A stretch of 64,000 nucleotides of DNA from a bacterium (GTDB lineage Bacteria > Patescibacteriota > Minisyncoccia > Phycocordibacterales > UBA9973): positions 4,684-68,683 of the forward strand of contig JBAXSP010000003.1 of NCBI GenBank assembly GCA_037130655.1. Reading direction: 5' to 3'. This document shows, in pieces, positions 8,800 through 19,000 of the stretch. Under the pieces are notes generated by a model that was not told the DNA's origin, ran no database searches, and saw only the letters and a list, made by a program, of their open reading frames with translations. Each line of letters starts with the position of its first letter. The stretch's first letter is position 1. Both the position numbers and the translations under genes were made by a program.

Positions 8800-10554
8800 A
8801 TGGCTATTGACGATACAACACTACAAAAATTTCTCCTTGAATCAAATCTGGTTACCAAGACTGATATTGGTATTGCAGTAAAAAAAGCAAAAGAGGGAGA
8901 ACAAGGTTTTCTTGATGTATTAATTTCCCTCGGAAAACTTTCAGAAACAGATGCGAGGCGTGCACAAGCTTTTGTGCTCGGTGTACCATATGTTTCTTTG
9001 GTCAAAGAAAAAATTGATGCAAACGTGCTGTCTATTATCCCAGAACCTATTGCTCGAAATCACAATATTATTGCATACAAAAAAACAGCTAAGGGGGTGG
9101 AAGTTGCAATGCTCGATATCAACGATCTTTCGACGATTGATTTCATTAAGAAAAAAACTGAACTCAAAATTCTTACTCGTTTGACTGATGTTGAATCTAT
9201 TAAACACGCACTGACATTGTACAAAAAAAGTTTAAAAGCAGAGTTTAATGATTTGATTTCAAAAGAAGCTGACTCCTTGAAAATAACCAAAGACGGCACC
9301 GAAGGGAATGAGTTAAGTGAAGCAGATTTGAAAGAAATGGCAGAAGATTTGCCAGTGATTAAAATTGTCGACACACTGCTTTCTCACGCAATATTGCAGG
9401 GTGCCTCTGATATTCACATTGAACCAGGTGAGGCACAGTTAACCGTACGATATCGTGTTGACGGTATTTTGCACGATGCAATGACACTACCAAAAGATGC
9501 TTCAGCTGGAATTACTGCCCGTATCAAGGTGCTTTCGAGTTTGAAACTCGATGAAAAACGTTTGCCACAAGACGGACGTTTCAAGATTAGTAATGATGAT
9601 GGTAATGTGTCATTTCGTGTTTCAACAATCCCAACGTATTTCGGTGAGAAAACCGTTATTCGTATTTTGCGCGAAAACAGCAAAGGATTTTCTTTGGAGA
9701 AACTCGGTTTTCATGGAGGTGCACTTGAGCGAATTCACGAAGGTATGCGTCAACACACTGGAATGATTTTGGCTTCAGGGCCGACAGGTTCTGGTAAGAC
9801 TACTACTCTCTACACCATGCTCGATATGTTGAATACGCCCGATGTAAACATTTCAACTATCGAAGATCCGATTGAATATCAAATGAATCGCATCAATCAA
9901 ACACAGGTGAAATCTGAAATTGGTATGACATTCGCTAATGGGCTCCGTGCATTGCTTCGACAAGACCCAGACATTGTTATGGTGGGGGAAATTCGAGACA
10001 ACGAAACAGCTTCACTCGCTATCAATGCCGCACTTACTGGACACTTGGTGCTTTCAACAATCCACACCAACTCAGCCGCAGGTTCTATTCCACGTTTTAC
10101 GGATATGGATGTTGAGCCGTTCTTGTTGGTGTCTACACTCAAAACAATTGTTGCGCAACGATTGGTCAGACGACTTGATGATAAGAAAGAACAATACTTT
10201 TTGTCTGAAGGTGAAATGGCTCAGTTGAAAAAGATTATTGATATGGATCGAATGCTCCAATTCTTGAAAGATGAAAAAGTGGTTGCTAATGATGCTAGCT
10301 GGTCAAGCATTCCTTTTTATCGAGCACTCAAAAATGATGAATCAGAAGACGGCTACAAGGGGCGTGTCGGTATCCATGAAGTCTTGAAAGTTTCTCCTGC
10401 TATCAAAGAAATGATTCTTCGTGGTGCATCAGCTGATGAAATTGAAAAACAAGCAAAACAAGAGGGAATGATGACCATGCTTGAAGATGGAATATTTCTT
10501 GCAGTACAGGGATTAACGACAACTGAAGAAGTGCTTCGAGTGGTGTCAGAGTAA
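8800..10554 (+). CDS. pilB: Type IV pilus / T2SS assembly ATPase (PilB/GspE family)
   Basis: ASDIHIEP, RLPQDGR, Walker A GPTGSGKTTT, TIEDPIEY, LRQDPDIVMVGEIRD, ALTGHLVLSTIHTN. Confidence 0.93.
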   Translation: MAIDDTTLQKFLLESNLVTKTDIGIAVKKAKEGEQGFLDVLISLGKLSETDARRAQAFVLGVPYVSLVKEKIDANVLSIIPEPIARNHNIIAYKKTAKGVEVAMLDINDLSTIDFIKKKTELKILTRLTDVESIKHALTLYKKSLKAEFNDLISKEADSLKITKDGTEGNELSEADLKEMAEDLPVIKIVDTLLSHAILQGASDIHIEPGEAQLTVRYRVDGILHDAMTLPKDASAGITARIKVLSSLKLDEKRLPQDGRFKISNDDGNVSFRVSTIPTYFGEKTVIRILRENSKGFSLEKLGFHGGALERIHEGMRQHTGMILASGPTGSGKTTTLYTMLDMLNTPDVNISTIEDPIEYQMNRINQTQVKSEIGMTFANGLRALLRQDPDIVMVGEIRDNETASLAINAALTGHLVLSTIHTNSAAGSIPRFTDMDVEPFLLVSTLKTIVAQRLVRRLDDKKEQYFLSEGEMAQLKKIIDMDRMLQFLKDEKVVANDASWSSIPFYRALKNDESEDGYKGRVGIHEVLKVSPAIKEMILRGASADEIEKQAKQEGMMTMLEDGIFLAVQGLTTTEEVLRVVSE

Positions 10555-10555
10555 T

Positions 10556-11764
10556 ATGAAATTTCAATACAAAATACAAACCAATACCGGTAAGATTGAA
10601 GCTGGTTTTATCGAGGCACCAGATCGAAACACTGCACTCAAACAATTGAAAGATCAAAATGCAGTGGTAATTTCTTTGTCTGAGAAAAAAGGCAAAAGTT
10701 TCAATATTTCTTTTTCTTTTGGTGGAACATCACTCGAAGACAGAATTCAATTTACAAAAAACCTCGGCGGTATGCTTGGGGCAGGATTGTCGCTTGCTCG
10801 GGCGCTTGAGATTTTGGAAAAACAAGCAATCAAACCTATTTGGAAAAAAGTCCTTGCGTCACTCATTGCAGATATCAATGCCGGAGCAACACTTTCTGAT
10901 GCAATGAAGAAATTTCCCAAAATTTTTTCACCGCTCTTTATCTCAATGACCAAAGCAGGTGAGGAGTCTGGTGGAATGGTTGATGCATTGTCACAAGTTG
11001 GACTTGCGATGGAGAAGACCTATGCATTGAACAAAAAAGTGAAATCAGCCTTGATGTATCCATCTATTATTTTGTCAGCAGTGGTGTTGATTGGAATACT
11101 CATGATGATTTTCGTGGTGCCGACGATTACCAAAACGTTCAAAGATTTGGGGGTAGCGTTACCAAAGACAACCAAGATGATTATTGTCACGAGTGATTTT
11201 TTCTCACACCATCCGTTTATTATTTTTGGATTATTGATTATTATCGTCGTTGGTATCATGGGGTTGCTTCGAATTGGTGCGGTATCTCGTTTTTTGGATA
11301 AATTTATTTTGAAAATTCCAGTTGTTGGCACGATTGCACAAGAAGCAAATACTGCTCGAATCTCTCGAACAATTTCATCATTGCTTATTGCCGGAGTAGA
11401 TATGTTACGAGCGATTTCGATTGCTCGAGACGTCGTTTCAAATACGGTGTACAAAAAAATATTGGACGAAGCAATTGAAAAAGTTCAAAAAGGTGGATTA
11501 CTTTCTGAAACATTCAAGAAATACCCCAAGGTCTGTCCCGTAATGATGGGGGAAATGATTTCAGTCGGAGAAGAAACAGGAAAACTTTCTGGTATGTTGC
11601 TTGATGTTGCAACCTTTTACGAAGAAGCGGTTGATATCAAAACAAAAGATTTGTCTACTATTATTGAACCAGTGTTGATGATTTTTATTGGGGCAGCTGT
11701 TGGGTTCTTTGCGGTCTCGATGCTTTCTCCGATGTACTCATTGGTAGACAGTTTATCAAAGTAA
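10556..11764 (+). CDS. pilC: Type IV pilus / T2SS membrane platform protein (PilC/GspF family)
   Basis: AGEESG, KVKSALMYP, VGEETGKL, IIEPVLMIFIG motifs; three TM segments. Confidence 0.93.
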   Translation: MKFQYKIQTNTGKIEAGFIEAPDRNTALKQLKDQNAVVISLSEKKGKSFNISFSFGGTSLEDRIQFTKNLGGMLGAGLSLARALEILEKQAIKPIWKKVLASLIADINAGATLSDAMKKFPKIFSPLFISMTKAGEESGGMVDALSQVGLAMEKTYALNKKVKSALMYPSIILSAVVLIGILMMIFVVPTITKTFKDLGVALPKTTKMIIVTSDFFSHHPFIIFGLLIIIVVGIMGLLRIGAVSRFLDKFILKIPVVGTIAQEANTARISRTISSLLIAGVDMLRAISIARDVVSNTVYKKILDEAIEKVQKGGLLSETFKKYPKVCPVMMGEMISVGEETGKLSGMLLDVATFYEEAVDIKTKDLSTIIEPVLMIFIGAAVGFFAVSMLSPMYSLVDSLSK

Positions 11765-11775
11765 TAAATTGCTGT

Positions 11776-12249
11776 ATGAATAAAAAATTTTTAAAAGCAG
11801 AAGGAATCATTCCAATTTTGGTGGTCATTGCAATCATTGGATTGCTCGTGGCGATTATTATTCCTAATTTGAATAAAAGTAGAAATGAACAGTTGCTCAA
11901 AGGTACGACTGATGATATTGTGTCACTTTTGACCAAGGCACGAACTCAAACACTTTCTTCATATAACAGTATGCAGTATGGTGTGTATTTGAATGCGACT
12001 TCAGCAACTTTATTTGCTGGATCATCATATGTGGCAGGGAATGCATCAAATACGATATCTTTGTTTGATTCATCGATATCTGTAGCAACAAGTTCATTGT
12101 CATTAAATGGTGGTGGTTCTTCGATTTTATTTGATAGGCTCACTGGTGGCACAAACAACTATGGTACAATTGTAGTAAATGTAAGTAGTAATGTAAGTCG
12201 AAACAAAACAATTACCGTGACTAAGACTGGAAATATTTCATCCAATTAA
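11776..12249 (+). CDS. Minor pilin-like protein (FimT/GspH-like) with an atypical prepilin motif
   Basis: ILVVIAIIGLLVAIIIP pilin helix, L..AR..T and YGVY motifs, C-terminal ITV.K.G.I; no G|FxxxE. Confidence 0.75.
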   Translation: MNKKFLKAEGIIPILVVIAIIGLLVAIIIPNLNKSRNEQLLKGTTDDIVSLLTKARTQTLSSYNSMQYGVYLNATSATLFAGSSYVAGNASNTISLFDSSISVATSSLSLNGGGSSILFDRLTGGTNNYGTIVVNVSSNVSRNKTITVTKTGNISSN

Positions 12250-12324
12250 AATGAATTTTTCTCTGAAGAAAAAATAGGACTTGCCCCGTAGCAATTTTGA
12301 TACAAAATATATACAAAGATACAT

Positions 12325-12849
12325 ATGTTTGATTTTAATAAAAATAAAAATAGAGAAAAAACTTTTTTTTCAAAATTTGCTTCGGGTTTCTCATTAGTTG
12401 AAGTAGTCATCGCTTCTTCTATTTTATTATTGGTCGGACTATCACTAGTGGGAACACTCGGTCAATCTACGGTCTTGTCACTACGTGCGCTTCGTGCGAC
12501 ACAAGGATCTTTTTTGTTGGAGGAGGGAGGTGAGGCGGTCAAAAGTATTCGCGACAGTAGCTGGTCGTCATTTAGTGCACTATCTACCTCAACAACGTAT
12601 TATTTGGCATTTAGTACTAGCACCAAAGCTTGGTCAGCAACAACAACGAACCCCGGAGTAGTCCTTGGTTCTTTTTCTCGAAGTTTCAGTGTTGCATCCG
12701 TCGCAAGAGATTCAAATAGTGACATCGTTTCTTCCGGCGGAACGATTGATACCGGTACAAGGCAAGCAACTATTACGGTGTCATGGCCACTTGGTAATGG
12801 CACAACAGTAACAAAAACATTGGTAATGTATTTGTCTAATATATTTTAA
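12325..12849 (+). CDS. Type IV pilin-like protein with a class III signal peptide (PilV-like)
   Basis: SG|FSLVEVVIA; LLEEGGEAVKSIRD; C-terminal ITVSW. Confidence 0.85.
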   Translation: MFDFNKNKNREKTFFSKFASGFSLVEVVIASSILLLVGLSLVGTLGQSTVLSLRALRATQGSFLLEEGGEAVKSIRDSSWSSFSALSTSTTYYLAFSTSTKAWSATTTNPGVVLGSFSRSFSVASVARDSNSDIVSSGGTIDTGTRQATITVSWPLGNGTTVTKTLVMYLSNIF

Positions 12850-12854
12850 TCAGT

Positions 12855-13352
12855 ATGAGTCCATCATTTTCCAAAAACTATAAGGCTTCATCGCTACTTG
12901 AAATCATTGTGTATCTTGCAATTTTTACGGTACTCTCGACAGTCATTGTTAATTCTCTTTTGATATCAATGCGATTGTACAAAGACGCTCGAACAAATCG
13001 TGAATTTACTGAACAAGGATCTCTTGCAATGGAGCGTATTTCTCGAAGTATTCGAAGTGCAAGTGCCGTGAATGTTGCAAGTAGTACGCTTGGTGCATCA
13101 CCTGGAGTGTTGGTGCTGACAAATGGAACAAGTACAACAATGTTTGATGTGAGTAGTAGTGCGTTGCGTCTGACAGAAAATGGCACTACCACAGGTGCTA
13201 TTACCGGTGGAAGAATTTCTGTGTCATCACTCATTTTTTACTATTACAGTGCAACGTCAACATCAGTCAAAACAGATATTCGATTGACCGATAGCGTTTC
13301 AGGTCGCAGTGAGTCATTTAGCACTACCAATATTCTTCGCAATGCATACTAA
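12855..13352 (+). CDS. Minor pilin-like protein (PilW/GspJ-like)
   Basis: KA|SSLLEIIVYLAIF with E5; AMERISRSIRSA helix. Confidence 0.8.
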   Translation: MSPSFSKNYKASSLLEIIVYLAIFTVLSTVIVNSLLISMRLYKDARTNREFTEQGSLAMERISRSIRSASAVNVASSTLGASPGVLVLTNGTSTTMFDVSSSALRLTENGTTTGAITGGRISVSSLIFYYYSATSTSVKTDIRLTDSVSGRSESFSTTNILRNAY

Positions 13353-15105
13353 TTTATTTAAAAATAGAAAAGGTTCTGCGATGCTCGTTGCGGTCTTTTT
13401 CTTTATGTTTGTTGGTATTGCAATCGTGACTGCTGTTATTCAACCGGTGGTACGAGATTATCAAGTCGCAAGTGATACGGTGACTTCGAGATTGTCATAT
13501 TTCACTGCAGAGTCAGGACTCGAAGATGCGATGTATCGCGTCAAAAATAGTATGACTATCGGCACGTCAGAAACACTGACATTAAATGGGGCGACCGTTA
13601 CAACATCAATAACTGATACTGGAACCAATCAAAAACAAATTGTTTCTTCGAGTGATTTGAATAATCGTGATCGTTCAATTACTGCAATCGTACAAACTTC
13701 AGTAGGGGTGTCTTTCAATTATGGTGTACAAGTTGGGCAAGGGGGGCTCGATATGCAATCAAGTACCGTCAACGGAAACGTGTATGCCAATGGTCCCATC
13801 TCTGGAGATAGTTCAAGTTATATTACTGGTACTGCAATATCAGCCAATAGTCCTGCGGTGGCATCCGATCAGTCAAATGGTTCAGGAACTCCTGCATATG
13901 ATGTGACGTTTGGTAATGCAAACAGTACACAAGATATTGCACAGAGTTTTCAGGTATCAACTGACACCAGTCCACTCAATAAAGTGAGTTTATATATTAA
14001 AAAAGTTAGTACTCCAAGTAATGCAACGGTAAACATTGTAACTGATGCAAGTGGTTCGCCCTCTTCTACAGTTGTTGCGACAGGTACACTATCTGCTTCA
14101 ACAGTGTCTACTTCATATGGCTGGATTGACGTTTCTTTTTCTTCAAACCCAATACTCGATACCGGTACAACGTACTGGCTGGTGATTGATGCAGGTACTT
14201 CAAGTACTAAATATTATGTGATAGGAGCAAACAGCGCTGGTTATGCAAACGGTGTTGCCAAAAGTGGAACTTCAGCTGGTGTATGGAGTGCTACTTCTCC
14301 ATCTGGTCTCGATGTTTTTTTTAATCTTTATTTAGGCGGTGTGTACGGTACTGTGTATGGTTCTTCAGGTAGTCAATATAATCGATTCAACGTGGGTTCC
14401 GGTGGATCAGGCACAGCACAAGCCCATACAGTAAATTATGCAAACGTTACCGGTACTATTTATTGTCAAAGTGGTACGGGGAATAATAAATCTTGTGACA
14501 CTTCACAATCTGATCCTGCGTACGAAGCGTTCCCAATTTCAGATGCAAATATTTCTGATTGGAAAGATTCCGCAAGTGCAGGAGGAACATCATCAGGAAA
14601 TTATAGTGTTGGTTGGGCAGGGGCGACACTTGGTCCTAAAAAAATAGACGGTAATCTGACGGTGAGTGGTGGAGGAACACTAACGGTAACTGGTCCATTG
14701 TGGGTGACAGGTAATATTTCACTGTCTGGTGGTGGAACAATCAAACTCTCTTCTTCATATGGATCAAACGATGGAGTAATTGTTGCGGACGGAACCTTAT
14801 CGGTGACAGGAGGATCATATGCTACCGGTTCAGGAACTTCAGGAAGTTATATTTTAGTGGTGGCACTGAGTAATTCAACAACCGCCGCCGCTCAAATAGA
14901 AGGGGGTTCTGGTGCGATGGTTGTGTATGCCCCAAACGGTACACTCAATCTAGAAGGTGGTGCGTCGCTCAAAGAAGCAACAGCATATAAGGTTCATATA
15001 GAAGGAGGTTCTACGTTGACTTACGAGACTGGTTTGGCGAATCTCAACTTCACTTCTGGTGCGTCTGGTTCATGGTCAGTCAATAGTTGGAACGAAACGC
15101 AATAA
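13342..15105 (+). CDS. PilX/GspK-like large minor pilin with C-terminal beta-rich adhesin-like domains
   Basis: RKG|SAMLVAV (no E5, as in PilX); SYFTAESGLEDAMYR; QSFQV...LYIKK domain; beta-helix-like GNL.VSGG repeats; ends SWNE. ATG 13342 overlaps the upstream gene end. Confidence 0.8.
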   Translation: MHTNLFKNRKGSAMLVAVFFFMFVGIAIVTAVIQPVVRDYQVASDTVTSRLSYFTAESGLEDAMYRVKNSMTIGTSETLTLNGATVTTSITDTGTNQKQIVSSSDLNNRDRSITAIVQTSVGVSFNYGVQVGQGGLDMQSSTVNGNVYANGPISGDSSSYITGTAISANSPAVASDQSNGSGTPAYDVTFGNANSTQDIAQSFQVSTDTSPLNKVSLYIKKVSTPSNATVNIVTDASGSPSSTVVATGTLSASTVSTSYGWIDVSFSSNPILDTGTTYWLVIDAGTSSTKYYVIGANSAGYANGVAKSGTSAGVWSATSPSGLDVFFNLYLGGVYGTVYGSSGSQYNRFNVGSGGSGTAQAHTVNYANVTGTIYCQSGTGNNKSCDTSQSDPAYEAFPISDANISDWKDSASAGGTSSGNYSVGWAGATLGPKKIDGNLTVSGGGTLTVTGPLWVTGNISLSGGGTIKLSSSYGSNDGVIVADGTLSVTGGSYATGSGTSGSYILVVALSNSTTAAAQIEGGSGAMVVYAPNGTLNLEGGASLKEATAYKVHIEGGSTLTYETGLANLNFTSGASGSWSVNSWNETQ

Positions 15106-15110
15106 AATTC

Positions 15111-15147
15111 AAAGAAAAAGTGCGCCCTCCGGGTGCACTTTTTCTTT
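15111..15147 (+). terminator. Intrinsic terminator after the pilus operon
   Basis: aaagaaaaagtgcgccc-tcc-gggtgcactttttcttt. Confidence 0.8.
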
Positions 15148-15163
15148 GTGATATAATAATTGC

Positions 15164-15904
15164 ATGAAATATTTTATTGGAAATTGGAAACTAAATCCAA
15201 AAACAGCGAAAGAGGCTGTTAGTTTATATAAAGCAATTGCAAAAGTAAAAAAAGCAAAAGATGTCATCGTTGCAGTCTGTGCACCGTTGCTATACCTGAA
15301 ATCACTGCAAAGTGAAAAAATTAAATCTGTCGGCATTGGAGCGCAAAATGTCTTTTATGAAAATGAAGGTGCATATACTGGGGAATGTGGACCGCTGATG
15401 CTTGAGCAATTCGGAGTGAAGTATGCACTGATAGGTCACTCTGAGGTTCGCGAACGAGGAGATACTGATGAAATCATCAATAAAAAAATCACCGCTGTTT
15501 TCAAAACAAAAATCACCCCAATTCTCTGCGTTGGAGAAAAAACACGTGACGATGCGCATTGGCATTTTCATTTCGTCAAAGAACAGTTGGTACAAAATCT
15601 TGTCGGTGTTTCAAAAAAACAAGCAAGTGGAATGTTGATTGCTTATGAGCCGGTATGGGCGATTGGTAAAAATGCCGTACGTGAAGCAACGGTGGAGGAG
15701 TGTGAAGAGATGGCGATTTTTATCCGACGAGTACTATCTGATTTGTATGATACAAAAACCGCGGAATCAGTACCGATTCTCTATGGTGGTTCGGTAAATA
15801 CAGATAACGCTCGAGCGTTCCTCGAAAGAGGGGGGATTCAAGGATTACTCATCGGACGCGCATCACTTGATAAAAAAGCTTTTGAAAAAATAATTACCTT
15901 GTAA
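15164..15904 (+). CDS. tpiA: Triosephosphate isomerase
   Basis: GNWK, GAYTGE, IGHSE, AYEPVWAIG, LYGGSV motifs. Confidence 0.97.
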   Translation: MKYFIGNWKLNPKTAKEAVSLYKAIAKVKKAKDVIVAVCAPLLYLKSLQSEKIKSVGIGAQNVFYENEGAYTGECGPLMLEQFGVKYALIGHSEVRERGDTDEIINKKITAVFKTKITPILCVGEKTRDDAHWHFHFVKEQLVQNLVGVSKKQASGMLIAYEPVWAIGKNAVREATVEECEEMAIFIRRVLSDLYDTKTAESVPILYGGSVNTDNARAFLERGGIQGLLIGRASLDKKAFEKIITL

Positions 15905-15917
15905 AATTTTTTTATTT

Positions 15918-15949
15918 TAAAAACCTCACACCGTGAGGTTTTTATTTTT
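15918..15949 (+). terminator. Intrinsic terminator after tpiA
   Basis: taaaaacctcac-acc-gtgaggttttta. Confidence 0.75.
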
Positions 15950-16082
15950 AAATTTATTACACAAATTTTTTATATGAACATAACTTTTTAGTCCTTAATT
16001 ACCAATGTAATTCTATTGTAAGCATTAATATTTAGAGATATAATAACTAAGTGGTGCGTAGTGGGCATGCATATATAATAAG

Positions 16083-19000
16083 ATGAAATTTTTTCTCAAA
16101 AAACTATTTAATTTTTCTTTCACAAACTTGAATAAAGGTTTTGTATTTTTTGTATCTTTTTATTTGCTCATCTCTACACTAATCCCTTCTTCTGTTTTCG
16201 CTACAGCTGGAGTACCTACCATTTTACATCATCAAGGGAGACTTCTCGATTCATCAGGGAATCTTCTTGGTGGTTCTGGGACAAATTACTGTTTTCGTTT
16301 TTCACTTTACGATGATGCAAATGTTGGAAGTGGTACAAAGCTTTGGCCATCGGGGACTCCAAGTAAGATGACTGTCAATGTTAAGAATGGTGTTCTTAAT
16401 GTAGATATTGGTGATACTAGCGCCGGTGGTGATTTACTTGATTTTGATTTTAATTCTACTGATGAGGTTTATTTGAATATTGATGTTGCTGCTTCGGTGG
16501 CTAATTCTTGTGCAAGTGTCACTTCTTTTGAAACACTTGGCCCACGTCAACGTGTTGTGTCTTCTGGTTATGCAATTAATTCAAAAATGGTTGGTGGTTT
16601 TATTCCATCACAAACCCCTACTGGAAGCAATATTCCGGTGTTGAATGCTGGTGCACTTAATTTGGCTGGTGCAGTGAATGCTGGAGGTCTTACTTTGGGC
16701 ACTGGTGCATCAGTGACAGGAATTCTAAATTTGAAAAATTCTACAAATAGTAATACTATTGCAATTCAATCTGGTGTTCCAACTTCATCATATACACTCA
16801 CGCTCCCAAACGATGATGGTACTCCAAATCAATTTTTACAAACAGATGGTAATGGTGTACTCACATGGACATCTATTAGCGGGGGAGGAGACGCACTCAC
16901 TGCAAACTCACTCGGTCAATTTGCTACAACTACATCTGCACAACTTGCTGGTATAATCTCAAACGAAACGGGTTCAGGTGCACTTGTTTTTGCTAATACT
17001 CCGACTTTTATTACTCCAGTACTCGGAGTAGCCACCGCGACGTCAATCAATGGCCTTACAATTTCTTCATCGACAGGTACATTAAATATTGCAAATGGTT
17101 CGACATTAGCAACAAGTGGTGCTAATGCAATTACGTTTACTTCAACAGGTACAACAAATGTGACACTTCCAACAAGTGGCACACTCGTTTCTTCTGTTAG
17201 TAGTGGTAATGGTGTTTCAGCAACCAATACAGCTGGAGCATTGTCATTTTCTCTCGGTGCCATCACTCCAACAACCGTCAATGGCATTACCTTCTCAGGT
17301 TCATCAACACCAACCCTTGCGGTGACTGGTACGTCTTCAATCTCTGGAACAAACACTGGTGACCAAACAACAATCTCTGGAAATGCCGGTACTGCAACTG
17401 CATTACAAACTGCACGAACAATTGGTGGTGTCTCATTTGATGGAACCGCAAATATTACCGTTGCATCTGCAACCGGTGGTTTCGCTATTTCAGGAGGGAA
17501 CTTAACCACGACTGGTTCTGGACAATTTGGTGCTGCTTCTGGAACAAACGGACAAATCACCCTCACTGGTTCAACCTCAGGTACTGGAATTATTAAAGTG
17601 AATCCAACTGCTGGTGCGGGAATTGTTTTCCAACTTCCATCAGCTAATGGATCAAACGGCAATGTCTTAACAACTGATGGCAATGGGGTCACTTCATGGA
17701 CTTCAGCTTCAACTGGAACCGTGACTGCTGTTTCAGTGGTATCTGCAAACGGTATTTCTGGTTCTTCATCAGGTGGTGCAACGCCAGCTCTCACCCTTTC
17801 TCTCGGTGCCATCACTCCAACAACCGTCAATGGCATTACCTTCTCAGGTTCATCAACACCAACCCTTGCGGTGACTGGTACGTCTTCAATCTCTGGAACA
17901 AACACTGGTGACCAAACAACAATCTCTGGAAATGCCGGTACTGCAACTGCACTTCAAACTGCACGTTCAATTTATGGAAACAACTTTGACGGAACCGCAA
18001 ACCTTGCACAAATCATTGCCTCAAACTTTGGTGGTACTGGCAATGGCTTTACCAAATTCTCTGGCCCAACAACATCAGAAAAAACCTTCACCCTTCCTGA
18101 TGCTTCAGCAACACTCCTCTATGCCGGTGGTGCACTTGGTACTCCAAGTTCCGGTGTTGCAACAAATCTAACTGGTACTGCTGCAGGTCTTTCAATTGGA
18201 GGCAATGCGGCAACCGTTACCAATGCAACATTAACAACTGGTCTCACTGTTAACACCGGAACGGTTACCCTTGTTGGAAATGCAGCAAACACTTCGGTGC
18301 TCACGATCGGTGCTGGAGCAGTTTCAGTTTCTGGAACAAACACTGGTGACCAAACAACAATCTCTGGAAATGCCGGTACTGCAACTGCATTACAAACTGC
18401 ACGAACAATTGGTGGTGTCTCATTTGATGGAACCGCAAATATTACCGTTGCATCTGCAACCGGTGGTTTCGCTATTTCAGGAGGAGATTTAACACTTGGT
18501 TCAAATAGCTTAACAATGACAGGATCGCTTGGTTCTACTGGTGCAAGATTAACTAAAGGTTGGTTTACTGACTTACAAGTAACTAATGCGATTAATGGAT
18601 CTATTACAGGAAATGCCGGTACTGCAACCGCGTTACAAACCGCACGAACAATTAACGGGACTTCATTTGATGGAACAAGTAATATTACTGTAACTGCCGA
18701 TGCAGGAACACTTACTGGTGCAACATTAAATTCCGGAGTTACTGCTTCTTCTCTCACTTCTGTTGGTACATTAACAGGGCTGAGTGTTTCGGGTACAACA
18801 TCTATTAACGCAAGTGCTTCAACAAACACTACAGCGATTGGGACAGGTACCACTACCGGAGCCGTGACTATTGGTGGTGGCGCAAACACTGTAGCAATAA
18901 ATACGACATCATGGGATATATCATCAACTGGTGTAGCGACAGGACTAACAGGTATTACTTCTTCTGGGTCAATTACTCTTTCAGGTCTTGGTGGAGGTGG

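Noticed and set aside
17248-18484. CRISPR array
   Set aside because: The repeats are long, in-frame and coding, without unique equal-length spacers; no cas genes in the window.
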